IMG/VR virus record: IMGVR_UViG_3300005529_000026
Coordinates: 1-64,000 of that record
DNA length: 64,000 nucleotides
From: a virus
Reading direction: 5' to 3' (one strand)
The translations under genes and the position numbers were made by a program. Below, piece after piece: positions 8,725 to 18,691 of the stretch; the stretch's first letter is position 1, and each line of letters opens with the position of its first letter. The notes beneath the pieces were generated by a model that was not told the origin of the DNA, ran no database searches, and was given only the letters and a program-made list of their open reading frames with translations.

Positions 8725-9988
8725 CGCTTTTGAGCTATACAAAGACCAAGGTGTTCGTTTCGTCGCTGGCGCGTGCGGTACAAAATTCGGCAAGACATAC
8801 GGCTGCACTATCCGCCTCGTGTTCGAGGCGTGGAACAATCGAGACCCGTACAAAAATGTACCGCTGAGCGGGCCGGGGATGTACTGGTGGGTTGCGCCTT
8901 CTTACGCACAGTCGAAGATGGCGTACAACCTCATCAAGCGCCTGTTGCCCCCGGATTCGTTCCAAGAATACAAGGCCGACCTGCAACTGTGCCTGTTGAA
9001 CCCGGACGGTTCAGAGCGCTCGTGGATTCACTTCAAGTCGGGTGACAACCCCGACACGCTCCGTGGTTACGCCGTCAACTTCTTCATCATTGATGAGGCG
9101 GCGCGTATCCCGTACGAGTCTTTCGTCTCGGTAATGACAACCGTGACGCAGACTCGTGGTCGCGGCATCGTTATCAGCACTCCGAAAGGACGTGGCTGGT
9201 TCGCTGACGTTTACCATCGCGGCGAAAAGTCCAACTACGACGGCACCCCGCGCTTCGACGCTGAGCATCCCGACCCTTTCCCTGAGTGGACGGCTATTCG
9301 GATGCCGACGTGGACAAATCCTCACGTCTCCGTAGAGTCCATCGAGGAGATGAAGCGCAACCTGCCCTCGGACGTGTTCCAGCAGGAAGTCGCTGCCGAA
9401 TTCCTAGACGATTCTGCGGGCGTATTCCGTGGCGTCAAGGACTGCATCCGTGGCTCCTTTGAGGAGTACAAGCCCGGACACAACTACGTCATCGGCGTTG
9501 ACCTTGCTAAGCACCGCGACTACACCGTGCTTGTCTGTATGGACATGAACACGAAGCAAGTCGTGGCATTTGACCGCTTCAACAAGATTGACTGGAATTT
9601 GCAACAGGTACGCATAGTAGACATGGCGCGTGCCTACCGCGCAACCGTTTGGGTTGACTCCACAGGCGTTGGAGACGCTATCTACGAGAACTTGTCGTAT
9701 AGCGGCATTCGCGTTGAGCCGTACAAGATTGGCGGCACCACCGCGAAACAGCAGCTAATCGAAAAGCTGCGCATCAACATCGAGAAAGCGCGTATCTCGT
9801 TCCCCGGCATTTATCAGCTTGTGGATGAGCTTCGCAACTATGAGTACAAGATTACTGACACAGGCGTGGTTCGCTACTCTGCACCTAGCGGTCAGCATGA
9901 CGACTGCGTTGTGGCACTGGCTCTCGCTAACTGGGGCGCTGACCGTCAACCCTTCGTCTATCGCTATCGCAATGTGCGCGGCGTTTAA
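8600..9988 (+). CDS. terL: terminase large subunit
   Basis: GTKFGKT Walker A, WWVAPSY, IIDEAA Walker B, ISTPKG, GVDLA and HDDCV nuclease motifs. Confidence 0.95.
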   Translation: MSRTAKVNPNYKQSPSLASQVRVKPVVLTLPPAHPKQYELINAFELYKDQGVRFVAGACGTKFGKTYGCTIRLVFEAWNNRDPYKNVPLSGPGMYWWVAPSYAQSKMAYNLIKRLLPPDSFQEYKADLQLCLLNPDGSERSWIHFKSGDNPDTLRGYAVNFFIIDEAARIPYESFVSVMTTVTQTRGRGIVISTPKGRGWFADVYHRGEKSNYDGTPRFDAEHPDPFPEWTAIRMPTWTNPHVSVESIEEMKRNLPSDVFQQEVAAEFLDDSAGVFRGVKDCIRGSFEEYKPGHNYVIGVDLAKHRDYTVLVCMDMNTKQVVAFDRFNKIDWNLQQVRIVDMARAYRATVWVDSTGVGDAIYENLSYSGIRVEPYKIGGTTAKQQLIEKLRINIEKARISFPGIYQLVDELRNYEYKITDTGVVRYSAPSGQHDDCVVALALANWGADRQPFVYRYRNVRGV

Positions 9989-10008
9989 CAAGTAGACAAG
10001 TCTTCTCA

Positions 10009-10428
10009 TTGGGGCAGGACGTGCTCGTTCTGGTTGACAAGGGACAGCTTTCGTATTTCAGGCGCAAAGCTAGACAAAGCCGCAACGAAATCATGGCTCT
10101 GCTGGTAGGAAAGCAAGAGTCTTCAAATCTCATACTCGTTTATAGATTTGAATACCCAGAACTCGTTGTCTCCACTCCTATCGAAGTCAAGTCGGACACG
10201 CAGTCTACGTCCGACATAGAACAAAGAGCCAAAGACGAAGGGTTATCTGTAGTTGGCTCCATTCACAGTCATCCGAACGCGCCGATTTATATGTCGCAGC
10301 AAGACCTGCGCAGTCATCGCGTCCACCGCGACAAGATTTCTGGCATCTGCGAAGTGACACCTAAGCGCACGTTCATTGCATTTTGGCAGGACAAGAACCC
10401 AGTACCGTGCGACTGGGACTACTTCTAA
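10009..10428 (+). CDS. JAB/MPN+ (JAMM) metallo-isopeptidase
   Basis: N-terminal E (NEIMALLVG) and H-S-H-x7-S-x2-D (HSHPNAPIYMSQQD). Confidence 0.88.
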   Translation: MGQDVLVLVDKGQLSYFRRKARQSRNEIMALLVGKQESSNLILVYRFEYPELVVSTPIEVKSDTQSTSDIEQRAKDEGLSVVGSIHSHPNAPIYMSQQDLRSHRVHRDKISGICEVTPKRTFIAFWQDKNPVPCDWDYF

Positions 10429-10440
10429 AAGGATTCATAC

Positions 10441-11052
10441 ATGACGTTTCAAGAAAAAATGAAGGCGCTTCTAGCCACTCTGCGCGGCGTGTCCCTCGAC
10501 GCTACTGTTACCGCCAAGGCCGCTGCAACTCTAGTCGCTAACAGCGTATCGAACATCGGCAATATTAAGTTCCGCAACGTGTATCGCTTCGAGTGCTTCG
10601 ACGCGAACGGCAACCTGAAGTGGGTTGAGGAAGTGCCCAATCAGGTGATGACGGCTGGCGTCAATGACCTGCTCACTCAGTATTTCAAGGGCAGTGCCTA
10701 CACAGCCACGTTTTACGTCGGTCTGGTGGACAACGCTAGCTTCTCGGCCTATGCCGCTGCCGACACAATGGCGTCCCACGCGGGCTGGCTTGAGAGCACT
10801 GCGTACTCTAACGCCAACCGTCCGACGCTGACGCTGGGCACTCCGGCTAGCGGCTCGGTTGATAACTCTGCGTCCAAAGCGGTCTTCAACATTAACGCCA
10901 CGGCGACCATTCTTGGCGCGTTCGTGGTGACGAACAACACCAAGGGCGGCACCAGCGGCACTCTGTTTGGCGCTGCGTCATTCTCTGGCGGCTCTCGTGC
11001 TGTGCAGAACGGCGACACCCTGAACGTGACCATCACTCTAAGCGCGTCGTAA
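10441..11052 (+). CDS. virion structural protein (fibre/decoration-type, beta-rich)
   Basis: S/T/A/G-rich, ends SRAVQNGDTLNVTITL; in late operon. Confidence 0.7.
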   Translation: MTFQEKMKALLATLRGVSLDATVTAKAAATLVANSVSNIGNIKFRNVYRFECFDANGNLKWVEEVPNQVMTAGVNDLLTQYFKGSAYTATFYVGLVDNASFSAYAAADTMASHAGWLESTAYSNANRPTLTLGTPASGSVDNSASKAVFNINATATILGAFVVTNNTKGGTSGTLFGAASFSGGSRAVQNGDTLNVTITLSAS

Positions 11053-11055
11053 TCC

Positions 11056-11265
11056 ATGACCGAACATTGGTCACATCTAGATTTGGTATGTTGGGCGGTA
11101 ATTCTTATTGCCGCCCTCATCCTAGAAATCGTAGGTCTAGCTAGACCAAGCGAGGCGACGTTCACAGAACTTGTTCGTCGCTGGGTGCCGATGTTCCTGC
11201 GTGCCATGATTTTAGGCTGGCTGAACTGGCATTTCTTAATTGACCCCGTTAATTGGATGAAGTGA
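11056..11265 (+). CDS. small membrane protein
   Basis: two hydrophobic segments, 69 aa. Confidence 0.65.
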   Translation: MTEHWSHLDLVCWAVILIAALILEIVGLARPSEATFTELVRRWVPMFLRAMILGWLNWHFLIDPVNWMK

Positions 11266-11272
11266 GGCATCA

Positions 11273-11947
11273 ATGGCGAAGAAAATTATTCTGCTGTCTA
11301 AGGAACTAGGGGCCAATGGCGACGACCTAAACATTCGTTACGCTTTCTGGCTTACTCCTACCGTAGCCGGTTCAGTTCGCATGCCGGGCGCGACAAGCGC
11401 TTTCGCCGGGGCCACTGCGGGAGAGGTTCAAGCAATTCAGAGCGGACAGGTTATAGAGCAGGTTGCGGCTACTCAGTACCCTTCCAGCTACGCTCTGTCT
11501 GACATTCAATCCGACCTTGAAGCCCGCTACCACGAAGCGCAGCAGGCGCTGGCCTCTGCTGTGAAGCAGAATGAATGGTATGGAACTAATTTTGACGGCA
11601 CAGCATGGAACCAGCAAGCGCTTGCTCCGTCAGTGCCGGTAAGAAAAACAGTCAAACCTGTGAATGTCGCTCTCGCGGTTGGCGATAACACCATTTTGCC
11701 CGCAGTTCCGGGCATGGCGTGGTTCATTGACCGCGCCCACTTGTCGTTCGACAACGCGGCACTTGCTACCGTTGTTTTCAAAGACGGCACTACCGAGGTT
11801 GGACGCGCCTTCGTGAGCGCGTCGAAAGATTTGATTTTTACAGAAGAAGGCGAGCCGTGGATTCAAACGAGTCCCGGTAATGCGCTCATCGTTAACGCAA
11901 GCGCACCGCTCAATGCAGCCGGTCGCATGTGGTTCAGGCAGGTGTAA
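11273..11947 (+). CDS. putative virion protein
   Basis: GAGG SD, 224 aa, beta-rich C-terminus. Confidence 0.65.
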   Translation: MAKKIILLSKELGANGDDLNIRYAFWLTPTVAGSVRMPGATSAFAGATAGEVQAIQSGQVIEQVAATQYPSSYALSDIQSDLEARYHEAQQALASAVKQNEWYGTNFDGTAWNQQALAPSVPVRKTVKPVNVALAVGDNTILPAVPGMAWFIDRAHLSFDNAALATVVFKDGTTEVGRAFVSASKDLIFTEEGEPWIQTSPGNALIVNASAPLNAAGRMWFRQV

Positions 11948-11950
11948 TCA

Positions 11951-12427
11951 ATGGCGACAATCAAAGAGCTTTTTGGAACAAGCAACCAAGCCATCACCTG
12001 CACAATCACGTCGCTTGCTAACAACGGACAGCGGCAGTCCACTGCCGTTGACAACAGCACAAACCTGTACCTAGACGCACTTGTCGTGGTGAAGGTGAAG
12101 ACCAATGCTGCCGGAACATCTGCAAGCGGCGTCGTCAACGTGTACGCATACGGCACCGCCGATGGAGGAACGAACTACGGAGACGGCGTTACTGGTACTG
12201 ACGGCAGCGTTACGCTGACCAACCCTCCGAACCTGAGACTAATCGGTTCGATAAACGCCGTGGCAAACGCCACCACGTATGTGAGCGTCCCCATGTCGGT
12301 GGCCGCAGTATTTGGCGGAACGCTGCCAGAGAAGTGGGGCATCGTCGTGGAAAACAAAACAGGTGGTGCGCTGGATGCTTCCGTCGGCAACTCGTTCTAT
12401 CAGGGAGTGCTCGCACAGTCGGTGTAA
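11951..12427 (+). CDS. putative virion beta-sandwich protein
   Basis: T/N/G/V-rich 158 aa. Confidence 0.65.
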   Translation: MATIKELFGTSNQAITCTITSLANNGQRQSTAVDNSTNLYLDALVVVKVKTNAAGTSASGVVNVYAYGTADGGTNYGDGVTGTDGSVTLTNPPNLRLIGSINAVANATTYVSVPMSVAAVFGGTLPEKWGIVVENKTGGALDASVGNSFYQGVLAQSV

Positions 12428-12449
12428 TTAACATGAGGGTCAAGCAATC

Positions 12450-14267
12450 ATGCCAGTAGCATTTGATGCCGTTGGGCCAAATTCGAGCGGGCAGTCAAAC
12501 GTCGGTGCTACTGGTCTTTCGTGGTTTCACACTTGCTCTGGCCTCAATCGGTTAGTGATTGTTGCTCTAGCTGTAGGAAAGAGTCCTGATACATCTGTCG
12601 TTCCTAGCGCCAACTACGACGGCGTAGCGATGACAAGGCTGGCCACGGTTCACGCCAACAATGGCACGAGCGGGCTTATTTCAGTTTTTTACATGGTCAA
12701 CCCTCCTATCGGCTCGAAGCAAGTTACGGTAGGATGCGGTGTTACCGCTGATGTGATTGGTGGGTCTGCTAGCTATACCGGAGTAAACCAATCAACACCG
12801 ATTCGCAACCTCGCAACTGGTTTTGGCGTTGTGAACAACGCTCCATTCTCAGTCAAACTGCCTGTGTCAATAGGCAACATGGCGGGCTTCGCGGCTTGTG
12901 GTGGAAATTCTCTGTCACTTGTCACAAGGCAGCAGCGTTGGATAAACAACCTAAATTCCAATACCGGCGCGGCTAATGCTGCCTACTCGGATACAGCAGG
13001 CTCGCCTTTTGTCTCTGGCGGCTGGTCTATTTCAGCCAGTGACAGCTACGGCATCATTGGATTCGAGATTGTATCCGACGACAACATACCACTGAGGGCT
13101 GGACGTAAGACGCCTGTGTGGGAGCGCATCGTTGGCACCCCTCCGGGCGCTGGGGGGTCTACGTACAATAGCTCTCTAGCCTTGGCAATTGCCACGTCTA
13201 TCAGTGATGCGGCTAATCTGTCGGCAGTAGGTGCTTCGTCATTTTCAGTGGCGTTGTCGCTGAGCGATTCAGCAAGCATGATTGCGAACGCAACATCCGC
13301 AATCTCTGCTGTGTGCGCGCTGACAAGCCAAGGCACACTGAACATCAATTCCTCTGCTGCGCTGGCGGCTACAACGTCTCTAGGCACAGTCAGTGGGACG
13401 AATATTAGTGCTGCGGCAAGCATCGTCACCGCTTTAGCCATGACGAGCGCCGCGTCTGTGGGCGTGTCTGTGTCTGCCGCTATTTCGGCGGCGCTGTCAA
13501 TGACCGACGCAGGCGGTTTGTCTCTTAACTCGGCAGCGACGATTAGCACGGTTCTTTCTGAGGTAGCGTCGGCAGCGTTAAGTATTCCTGTGAGCGCCGC
13601 TATTGCGGCCAATCTAGGGTTCCAAGCTGTCAAGACTCTGGGCATCAACGCGGCTGCATCATTGGGTGTAACCGCCAACATTTCTGCCGCCAACAACCTA
13701 ATTGCGCAAGCAGCGGCTTCTCTTGGGCTAAGCACCAGTCTAGCGGCTGGGTTTGGCAATACCGTCGCGGCCAGCATTTCGCTTGCCATCTCAAACGGTT
13801 TCACATCCAGCGCCTCGCTTAACGCGGCTGCTCTCGTAGCATTTGGCGTGCTGGCCGGGTATTCCCTGTCGGCGCAGCAGTCGGCCCTAGCAACGGCTAG
13901 CATCTCGGCTAATACGTCGGTTTCGTCTAGCGCGCAGGCCAACATGATTGCTCAAGGAGCACTCTCTGTTGCCTTGCAAGAGACGGCTGTTTCAACAGCA
14001 GTGATGGACTCTTTAGCGTCCATCGGAATCACATCGGCGCTTGCATCAAGTGCAACCGCCATCTTCACCAAAGCACTCTCGCTGGGAGCAACACTCTCCA
14101 TACATAGCGACAGTTCTTTGGGTCAGATTGGCGCGTTGATACTCGCTGCGGCGTCAGTGATTCAGGCGTTGCAGTTGAATTCTGCCGCTACGATTGAGTC
14201 GTTGCAATTGGATTCTGCTTCTACGGACGAAAGCCTGCGGCTCGACGGCGCGCAGACTATTCAGTAA
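12450..14267 (+). CDS. putative fibre protein with long Ser/Ala-rich repetitive stalk
   Basis: globular N-terminal ~210 aa then ~350 aa of quasi-periodic S/A/L/T/I segments. Confidence 0.7.
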   Translation: MPVAFDAVGPNSSGQSNVGATGLSWFHTCSGLNRLVIVALAVGKSPDTSVVPSANYDGVAMTRLATVHANNGTSGLISVFYMVNPPIGSKQVTVGCGVTADVIGGSASYTGVNQSTPIRNLATGFGVVNNAPFSVKLPVSIGNMAGFAACGGNSLSLVTRQQRWINNLNSNTGAANAAYSDTAGSPFVSGGWSISASDSYGIIGFEIVSDDNIPLRAGRKTPVWERIVGTPPGAGGSTYNSSLALAIATSISDAANLSAVGASSFSVALSLSDSASMIANATSAISAVCALTSQGTLNINSSAALAATTSLGTVSGTNISAAASIVTALAMTSAASVGVSVSAAISAALSMTDAGGLSLNSAATISTVLSEVASAALSIPVSAAIAANLGFQAVKTLGINAAASLGVTANISAANNLIAQAAASLGLSTSLAAGFGNTVAASISLAISNGFTSSASLNAAALVAFGVLAGYSLSAQQSALATASISANTSVSSSAQANMIAQGALSVALQETAVSTAVMDSLASIGITSALASSATAIFTKALSLGATLSIHSDSSLGQIGALILAAASVIQALQLNSAATIESLQLDSASTDESLRLDGAQTIQ

Positions 14268-14276
14268 ACAATTCTA

Positions 14277-14321
14277 AAGGCCGGGAACACCCTGCACTTC
14301 GGTGCATGTGCCCGGCCTTTT
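14277..14321 (+). terminator. intrinsic terminator
   Basis: AAGGCCGGG...CCCGGCCTT-TT. Confidence 0.65.
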
Positions 14322-14337
14322 GCATTTGAGGTCAAGC

Positions 14338-14661
14338 GTGGCGATACCCAGCAAACTGATTCTCACACAAAAGAACGACCAAATAATTGAGATTGACGGT
14401 CTTCAGGACGCCTTGACGCTGGCCTACGTTAACAACGCGGTCGCAACGGCCACGCTGAAGGACAGCACAGGAGCCTCTGTTACGGGACTCACTGGTGTCA
14501 CCTTGTCCTATGTTTCTGGCTCCAACGGCAAATATCGCGGACAGGTTGAGGAAACATTCAGCCCCGCTCTAGGCAACTACGTTCTTCACGTTGATGCTAA
14601 TTCTGGTGGGGTCGTTCTGCATATTGAAATCAAAACCTCGGTTAAGGTGCGAAAGTCGTAA
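14338..14661 (+). CDS. putative virion Ig-like adaptor protein
   Basis: GAGG SD, GTG 14338; beta-strand pattern with NGKYRG. Confidence 0.55.
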   Translation: MAIPSKLILTQKNDQIIEIDGLQDALTLAYVNNAVATATLKDSTGASVTGLTGVTLSYVSGSNGKYRGQVEETFSPALGNYVLHVDANSGGVVLHIEIKTSVKVRKS

Positions 14662-15591
14662 GTGACGGATTTCACGATTGTCATTGCTCATCGCGGCAAT
14701 CCGATGGGCCTCTGGGCCACGATTCAAAGCTGCGAAATAGACCTAGAACGAACAGACTACAAATACAACTACTGCATAGCGTGCAATGGCGATAGGACGT
14801 TTGATGTCGAAATCAGCCGCACGCTCCACTACCTAGACAAGCTAGGAAAATTGAAGCAGTCGTTGTGGCACCCGGAGCCTTGGGCACCGCCAACAGCCCG
14901 CCAGTTTGCGACGACGTTCGCTGACGGCAAGTACCTGTTCTTCTTCGACAATCACTGCCTCGTGTCTCCGCAATATTTCACGCGGGCGCTTCTAGATTTT
15001 AAGACGTACCCAGTGGATGTGTTGCACAGCAGCTTCCGGTATTACTCCGGTGAGGGCACCCACTACCACTACAAGCTGAGCCTAGAAAAAGACTTCTGGG
15101 CGAAAGCGGTTTTGCACCCCACGGACGCGGCTAAGCCCTACCCCATAGCGGTAAGCGGTCACGGCGGTTTCGTCGTTAAACGCGACGTGTGGGATGAGAT
15201 TGGCGGCTACTGGACTGGCTTTCAGGGATACGGCGGTGAGGAGACGTATTTCGACCTCAAGGCGTGGATGATGGGTAAGCAGGTGTGGGTTGACCCGCGC
15301 CTTGTTCATTACCACTACGCCGGTCGCAGAACGTATTCACGCCACTATACCGACGATTACTACCGCAACATGATGATGGCAGCAAACATCATCGGCGGGG
15401 AGCGTTGGGCCTACAAGGTTTACGGCAACTTCGAGAAAAGCGTGAAGTTGCAAAGCCAGCAATCCATGTACGACTTGCTCCAAGAGGCGCTTTCTCGTAG
15501 CGCTGAGCACGCAGTAGAACTCGCGTCCAAGCGCACGAAATCGCTAGACGAGCTACTGCCTTGGTTTGAACACAACAACATTAGTTTTTAG
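14662..15591 (+). CDS. glycosyltransferase family 2 (GT-A)
   Basis: FTIVIAHR, YLFFFDNH (DxD-like), WDEIGGY...YGGEE..FDLKAW. Confidence 0.88.
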   Translation: MTDFTIVIAHRGNPMGLWATIQSCEIDLERTDYKYNYCIACNGDRTFDVEISRTLHYLDKLGKLKQSLWHPEPWAPPTARQFATTFADGKYLFFFDNHCLVSPQYFTRALLDFKTYPVDVLHSSFRYYSGEGTHYHYKLSLEKDFWAKAVLHPTDAAKPYPIAVSGHGGFVVKRDVWDEIGGYWTGFQGYGGEETYFDLKAWMMGKQVWVDPRLVHYHYAGRRTYSRHYTDDYYRNMMMAANIIGGERWAYKVYGNFEKSVKLQSQQSMYDLLQEALSRSAEHAVELASKRTKSLDELLPWFEHNNISF

Positions 15592-15600
15592 AGGAACTCA

Positions 15601-17208
15601 ATGGGCCTTGCTGAGTCGGCTTCCAATAATCAAGCTCTGACCGCAGAAATGAAGTCAGAGATAGACCGCCTGAGAAAGACGCATGAACTGTGGCGCGTCT
15701 ATGCCCCTGAGTGGGATTTGTACCTCGCGGCATACGAGGGCGGGCCTGAGTTCGCCACACAGGGCAACCTGTTCAAGCACGCACGCGAGAATCAGGAAGA
15801 TTTTGCAGACCGTGTTGCTCGCGTCCACTACATCAATTACTGCGAGCAGATTGTAGACTTTTTCACCAACTTCATCTTTGCGGAAACGATTCAGCGCGAC
15901 GGTGGAGACCTGCAAGATTGGTATGTCAACTTCTTGAAGGACGTAAACAAGAAGGGTGACGACATCGAGACATACATGCGAGCGGTTAGCGACGACATGC
16001 AGATTTTCGGCATGTCCTACACGCTCGTGGACACCCCCTACGTACAACTTCCTGAAGGCGAAACGCTTACAAAGGCGGACGAAGAAGCTCAAGGAATTAG
16101 GCCGTATTGGTGCCTGCTTCGCCCGGACGAAATCACCGACTGGGTTGTAGACGACTTTGACACCTTCACTTACATCAAGCGCAAGCAGATGGTGAATGAG
16201 GTTGTCGGCACAGAGATTAAAGTTGTAGAGAAATACACCGAATGGTTCCAGTCACAAATCATCATTTCTAGGATTGATGTCACTGACTCAGCGAAGCCCA
16301 TTATGATGGGCAAGCAGATAGTGACAAATACCCTAGGAGAGATTCCGATTGTGGTTGTGCGCTACAAGCGCTCGAAGCGAAATCCCTTCATGGGGAACAG
16401 CTTCCTACGCGATTTTGCGAAGAACAACCGCGAAATAATGAATCTCACAAGCCTGCTGCAAGAATTCCTGTACCGGCAGTGCTTTAACCTTCTGGCAAAA
16501 GAGGTTGAGGGAACGATTCCTCTGAAAGACCAAGAGGACGGCGTTCAGGGAACGGCCAATGTGTTGGAGGTTCCCAAAGGTGCTCAGATGCCTGAGTACA
16601 TCTCTCCTCCCTCAGACCCGGCTCGATTCATTCAGGAAGAACGCGACCGCATCAAGCAGGAGATGTTCCGGCGTGCAGCGCAGGACACTTTGAACGAACT
16701 GTTCAATGGTGAGAAATCTAGCGGATTTAGCCAAGCGCAGTCGTTCTCTAAGACTGTGCCCTTCATCGCGTCTCGTGCGGATTCACTTGAACGTGCAGAG
16801 CAGAAATTGATGGCGCTCACTGCTCGCCTTGCGGGTAAAGATTGGCAAGGCAAAATCAAGTACAAAGACCGTTATGAACTGACTAATCTTACCGACGCGA
16901 TGACGCAGTTGCAGATTCTAGGTCGTGACCTAGGCATTGATTCTGAGACGTTCTTTAAAAATGAGTTCAAACGCCTAGTGCATGAGTATGACGGAAAACT
17001 TCCTGCCGACCTTCTAGCGAAGGTTGAAAGGGAAATCGAAGGAATGAATTGGGACAAATGGCGTGAGCTTCAAAAGGAAGCCCTCGTCGGAGCACCCAAA
17101 TCACCCGGTGACCAACAGAAGCCGAAATCGAGCGGAACGATGGCAGAGGCAGCCGCCGAAGCCAAGACACCCGGAGCGAAAGCGGCTAAGAAGGTGAAGG
17201 GGCAGTAA
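15601..17208 (+). CDS. portal protein
   Basis: 535 aa, NYCEQIVD, LGEIPIV; position upstream of scaffold and capsid. Confidence 0.88.
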   Translation: MGLAESASNNQALTAEMKSEIDRLRKTHELWRVYAPEWDLYLAAYEGGPEFATQGNLFKHARENQEDFADRVARVHYINYCEQIVDFFTNFIFAETIQRDGGDLQDWYVNFLKDVNKKGDDIETYMRAVSDDMQIFGMSYTLVDTPYVQLPEGETLTKADEEAQGIRPYWCLLRPDEITDWVVDDFDTFTYIKRKQMVNEVVGTEIKVVEKYTEWFQSQIIISRIDVTDSAKPIMMGKQIVTNTLGEIPIVVVRYKRSKRNPFMGNSFLRDFAKNNREIMNLTSLLQEFLYRQCFNLLAKEVEGTIPLKDQEDGVQGTANVLEVPKGAQMPEYISPPSDPARFIQEERDRIKQEMFRRAAQDTLNELFNGEKSSGFSQAQSFSKTVPFIASRADSLERAEQKLMALTARLAGKDWQGKIKYKDRYELTNLTDAMTQLQILGRDLGIDSETFFKNEFKRLVHEYDGKLPADLLAKVEREIEGMNWDKWRELQKEALVGAPKSPGDQQKPKSSGTMAEAAAEAKTPGAKAAKKVKGQ

Positions 17209-17353
17209 CGTCACGACTGCGACATTCGCCGCCCATTTTCTATCCGGCACGAGACTCCGTATCGCGCTGGCATTTTCTAGGGGCAGGCGCGGGGGAATCT
17301 AGGGACACCCTCTGACGAGGCCAAGTGACCCGTCCCCCGAAAGGAACGCTGTA

Positions 17354-17566
17354 ATGGCTGACAACGTAGAGCAGCGCATCATTCCTGCAAGAACCGGACT
17401 GATGCATCGCAAAGTTACGTTTCCGTTCAAAGCACCGCCGTTTCATAACGACATGCTGCGGCAGGTCTCGCGGCGAGGCAAGCCAGAACCAAGCCCGGTC
17501 GCAGTGCGTGTACGAAAGAAGCGCACTGTTCCGATAGGCGTATACAACACTTTTGCACGAGGTTAA
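17354..17566 (+). CDS. small basic protein
   Basis: AAGGA SD; R/K-rich 70 aa. Confidence 0.6.
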   Translation: MADNVEQRIIPARTGLMHRKVTFPFKAPPFHNDMLRQVSRRGKPEPSPVAVRVRKKRTVPIGVYNTFARG

Positions 17567-17569
17567 TAA

Positions 17570-17737
17570 ATGGCAACTGACACTGGAAAGCTAGTCCGAG
17601 TCAAGGCCAACAGCAAGGGCACCGGCAATCGCCGCACGCCTACCGCTATGGCTCTGAAAGCTAAGGGCAAGGCAATGCCTGCTGCTGGTAACCCGGACGG
17701 CAATCGCAATCGCCCCGGCCAGAACAAGGCGCGATAA
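17570..17737 (+). CDS. small basic protein (55 aa, not in ORF track)
   Basis: GAGG SD; MATDTGKLVRVKANSKGTGNRR... Confidence 0.6.
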   Translation: MATDTGKLVRVKANSKGTGNRRTPTAMALKAKGKAMPAAGNPDGNRNRPGQNKAR

Positions 17738-17823
17738 GCAGTTCAACAGATTTAGATTTAAACCGCGCTAGCTGCCACTCACGGCTAGAGCGTTAATTTT
17801 TTGAGGCAAAGGAAATAACGAAA

Positions 17824-18645
17824 ATGGCTACTGACGCCAACAACGGTCAGGCGAACAACCCCGGCGATGGTTCGGGGGCGGAACAGAAACCGAAAGTCGA
17901 GTTCACGGACGAACAGCAGAAGGCAATTGACAGCTTCATCAACAAGGCAGTTGGTCGCGCTACGGCCCCTCTAAAAGAGGAGCTTAACGCAAAGGCGGCA
18001 ACACTGAGCCAGCTACAGGCTGACCTTCAGTCTGCCAAGGATGCCCTAGCTGCGGCTAAGAGCCGTGGTGAATCGGGTAAAGAAGAAAAGGCCGATGTAG
18101 AGGAACTGAAGCGCCAGCTTGACGAATTCAAGCGTATTGGTGAGTCCTCGAAGACTGCGATTGAGCAGGCAAAGCAGGAAGCTGCACAACATCGGAAAGA
18201 AGCTGAGCAAGCCAAGCTGGAACTTCTGAATACTCGGAAGCAGGTCACCATCACATCGGAAGCGGTGAAGCATAACTTCATCAACACCGAGCAGGTTCTG
18301 AAGCTAACCTCAGACAACATCAAGTGGGACGATGCACAGCAGCGTTTCATTGTGTACGGCGAAGATGGGCGCGAGCGCTACAACTCGCAGTACGAACCAA
18401 TGACTGTCGGAGAATTCCTCGCGGAATTCGCTCAGAACAATAAACATCTCGTGCGTGGCGATGTTCGCCCCGGAGCAGGCTCTAGCGAGTCTGCACGCAG
18501 CGGACTGAACGGACAGCGCTACGAGCTAAAGCAGATTTTCGGTAAGGAATCAAATTCCGCACTGGCCTCCAAGCTGATGAAAGAAGACCCGAAGATGTAT
18601 CGGGCTATGAAAGAGCAGGCGCGGGCGCAGGGATTGATTGCCTAA
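17824..18645 (+). CDS. capsid scaffolding protein
   Basis: KVEFTDEQQ..ID, long coiled coil, directly upstream of MCP. Confidence 0.85.
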   Translation: MATDANNGQANNPGDGSGAEQKPKVEFTDEQQKAIDSFINKAVGRATAPLKEELNAKAATLSQLQADLQSAKDALAAAKSRGESGKEEKADVEELKRQLDEFKRIGESSKTAIEQAKQEAAQHRKEAEQAKLELLNTRKQVTITSEAVKHNFINTEQVLKLTSDNIKWDDAQQRFIVYGEDGRERYNSQYEPMTVGEFLAEFAQNNKHLVRGDVRPGAGSSESARSGLNGQRYELKQIFGKESNSALASKLMKEDPKMYRAMKEQARAQGLIA

Positions 18646-18691
18646 AACGTAGACAAGCAACATTTACTGCACTCATAGGGAGTCATTCTAA

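Noticed and set aside
13046-13945. 299-aa antisense ORF and similar shadow ORFs
   Set aside because: Mirror of low-complexity or codon-biased sense genes; no SD or motifs.
17290-17345. CTGACGA...CGAAA resembling a hammerhead ribozyme core
   Set aside because: Stems II and III do not form; the segment folds better as one irregular hairpin (CGGGGGA/TCCCCCG).
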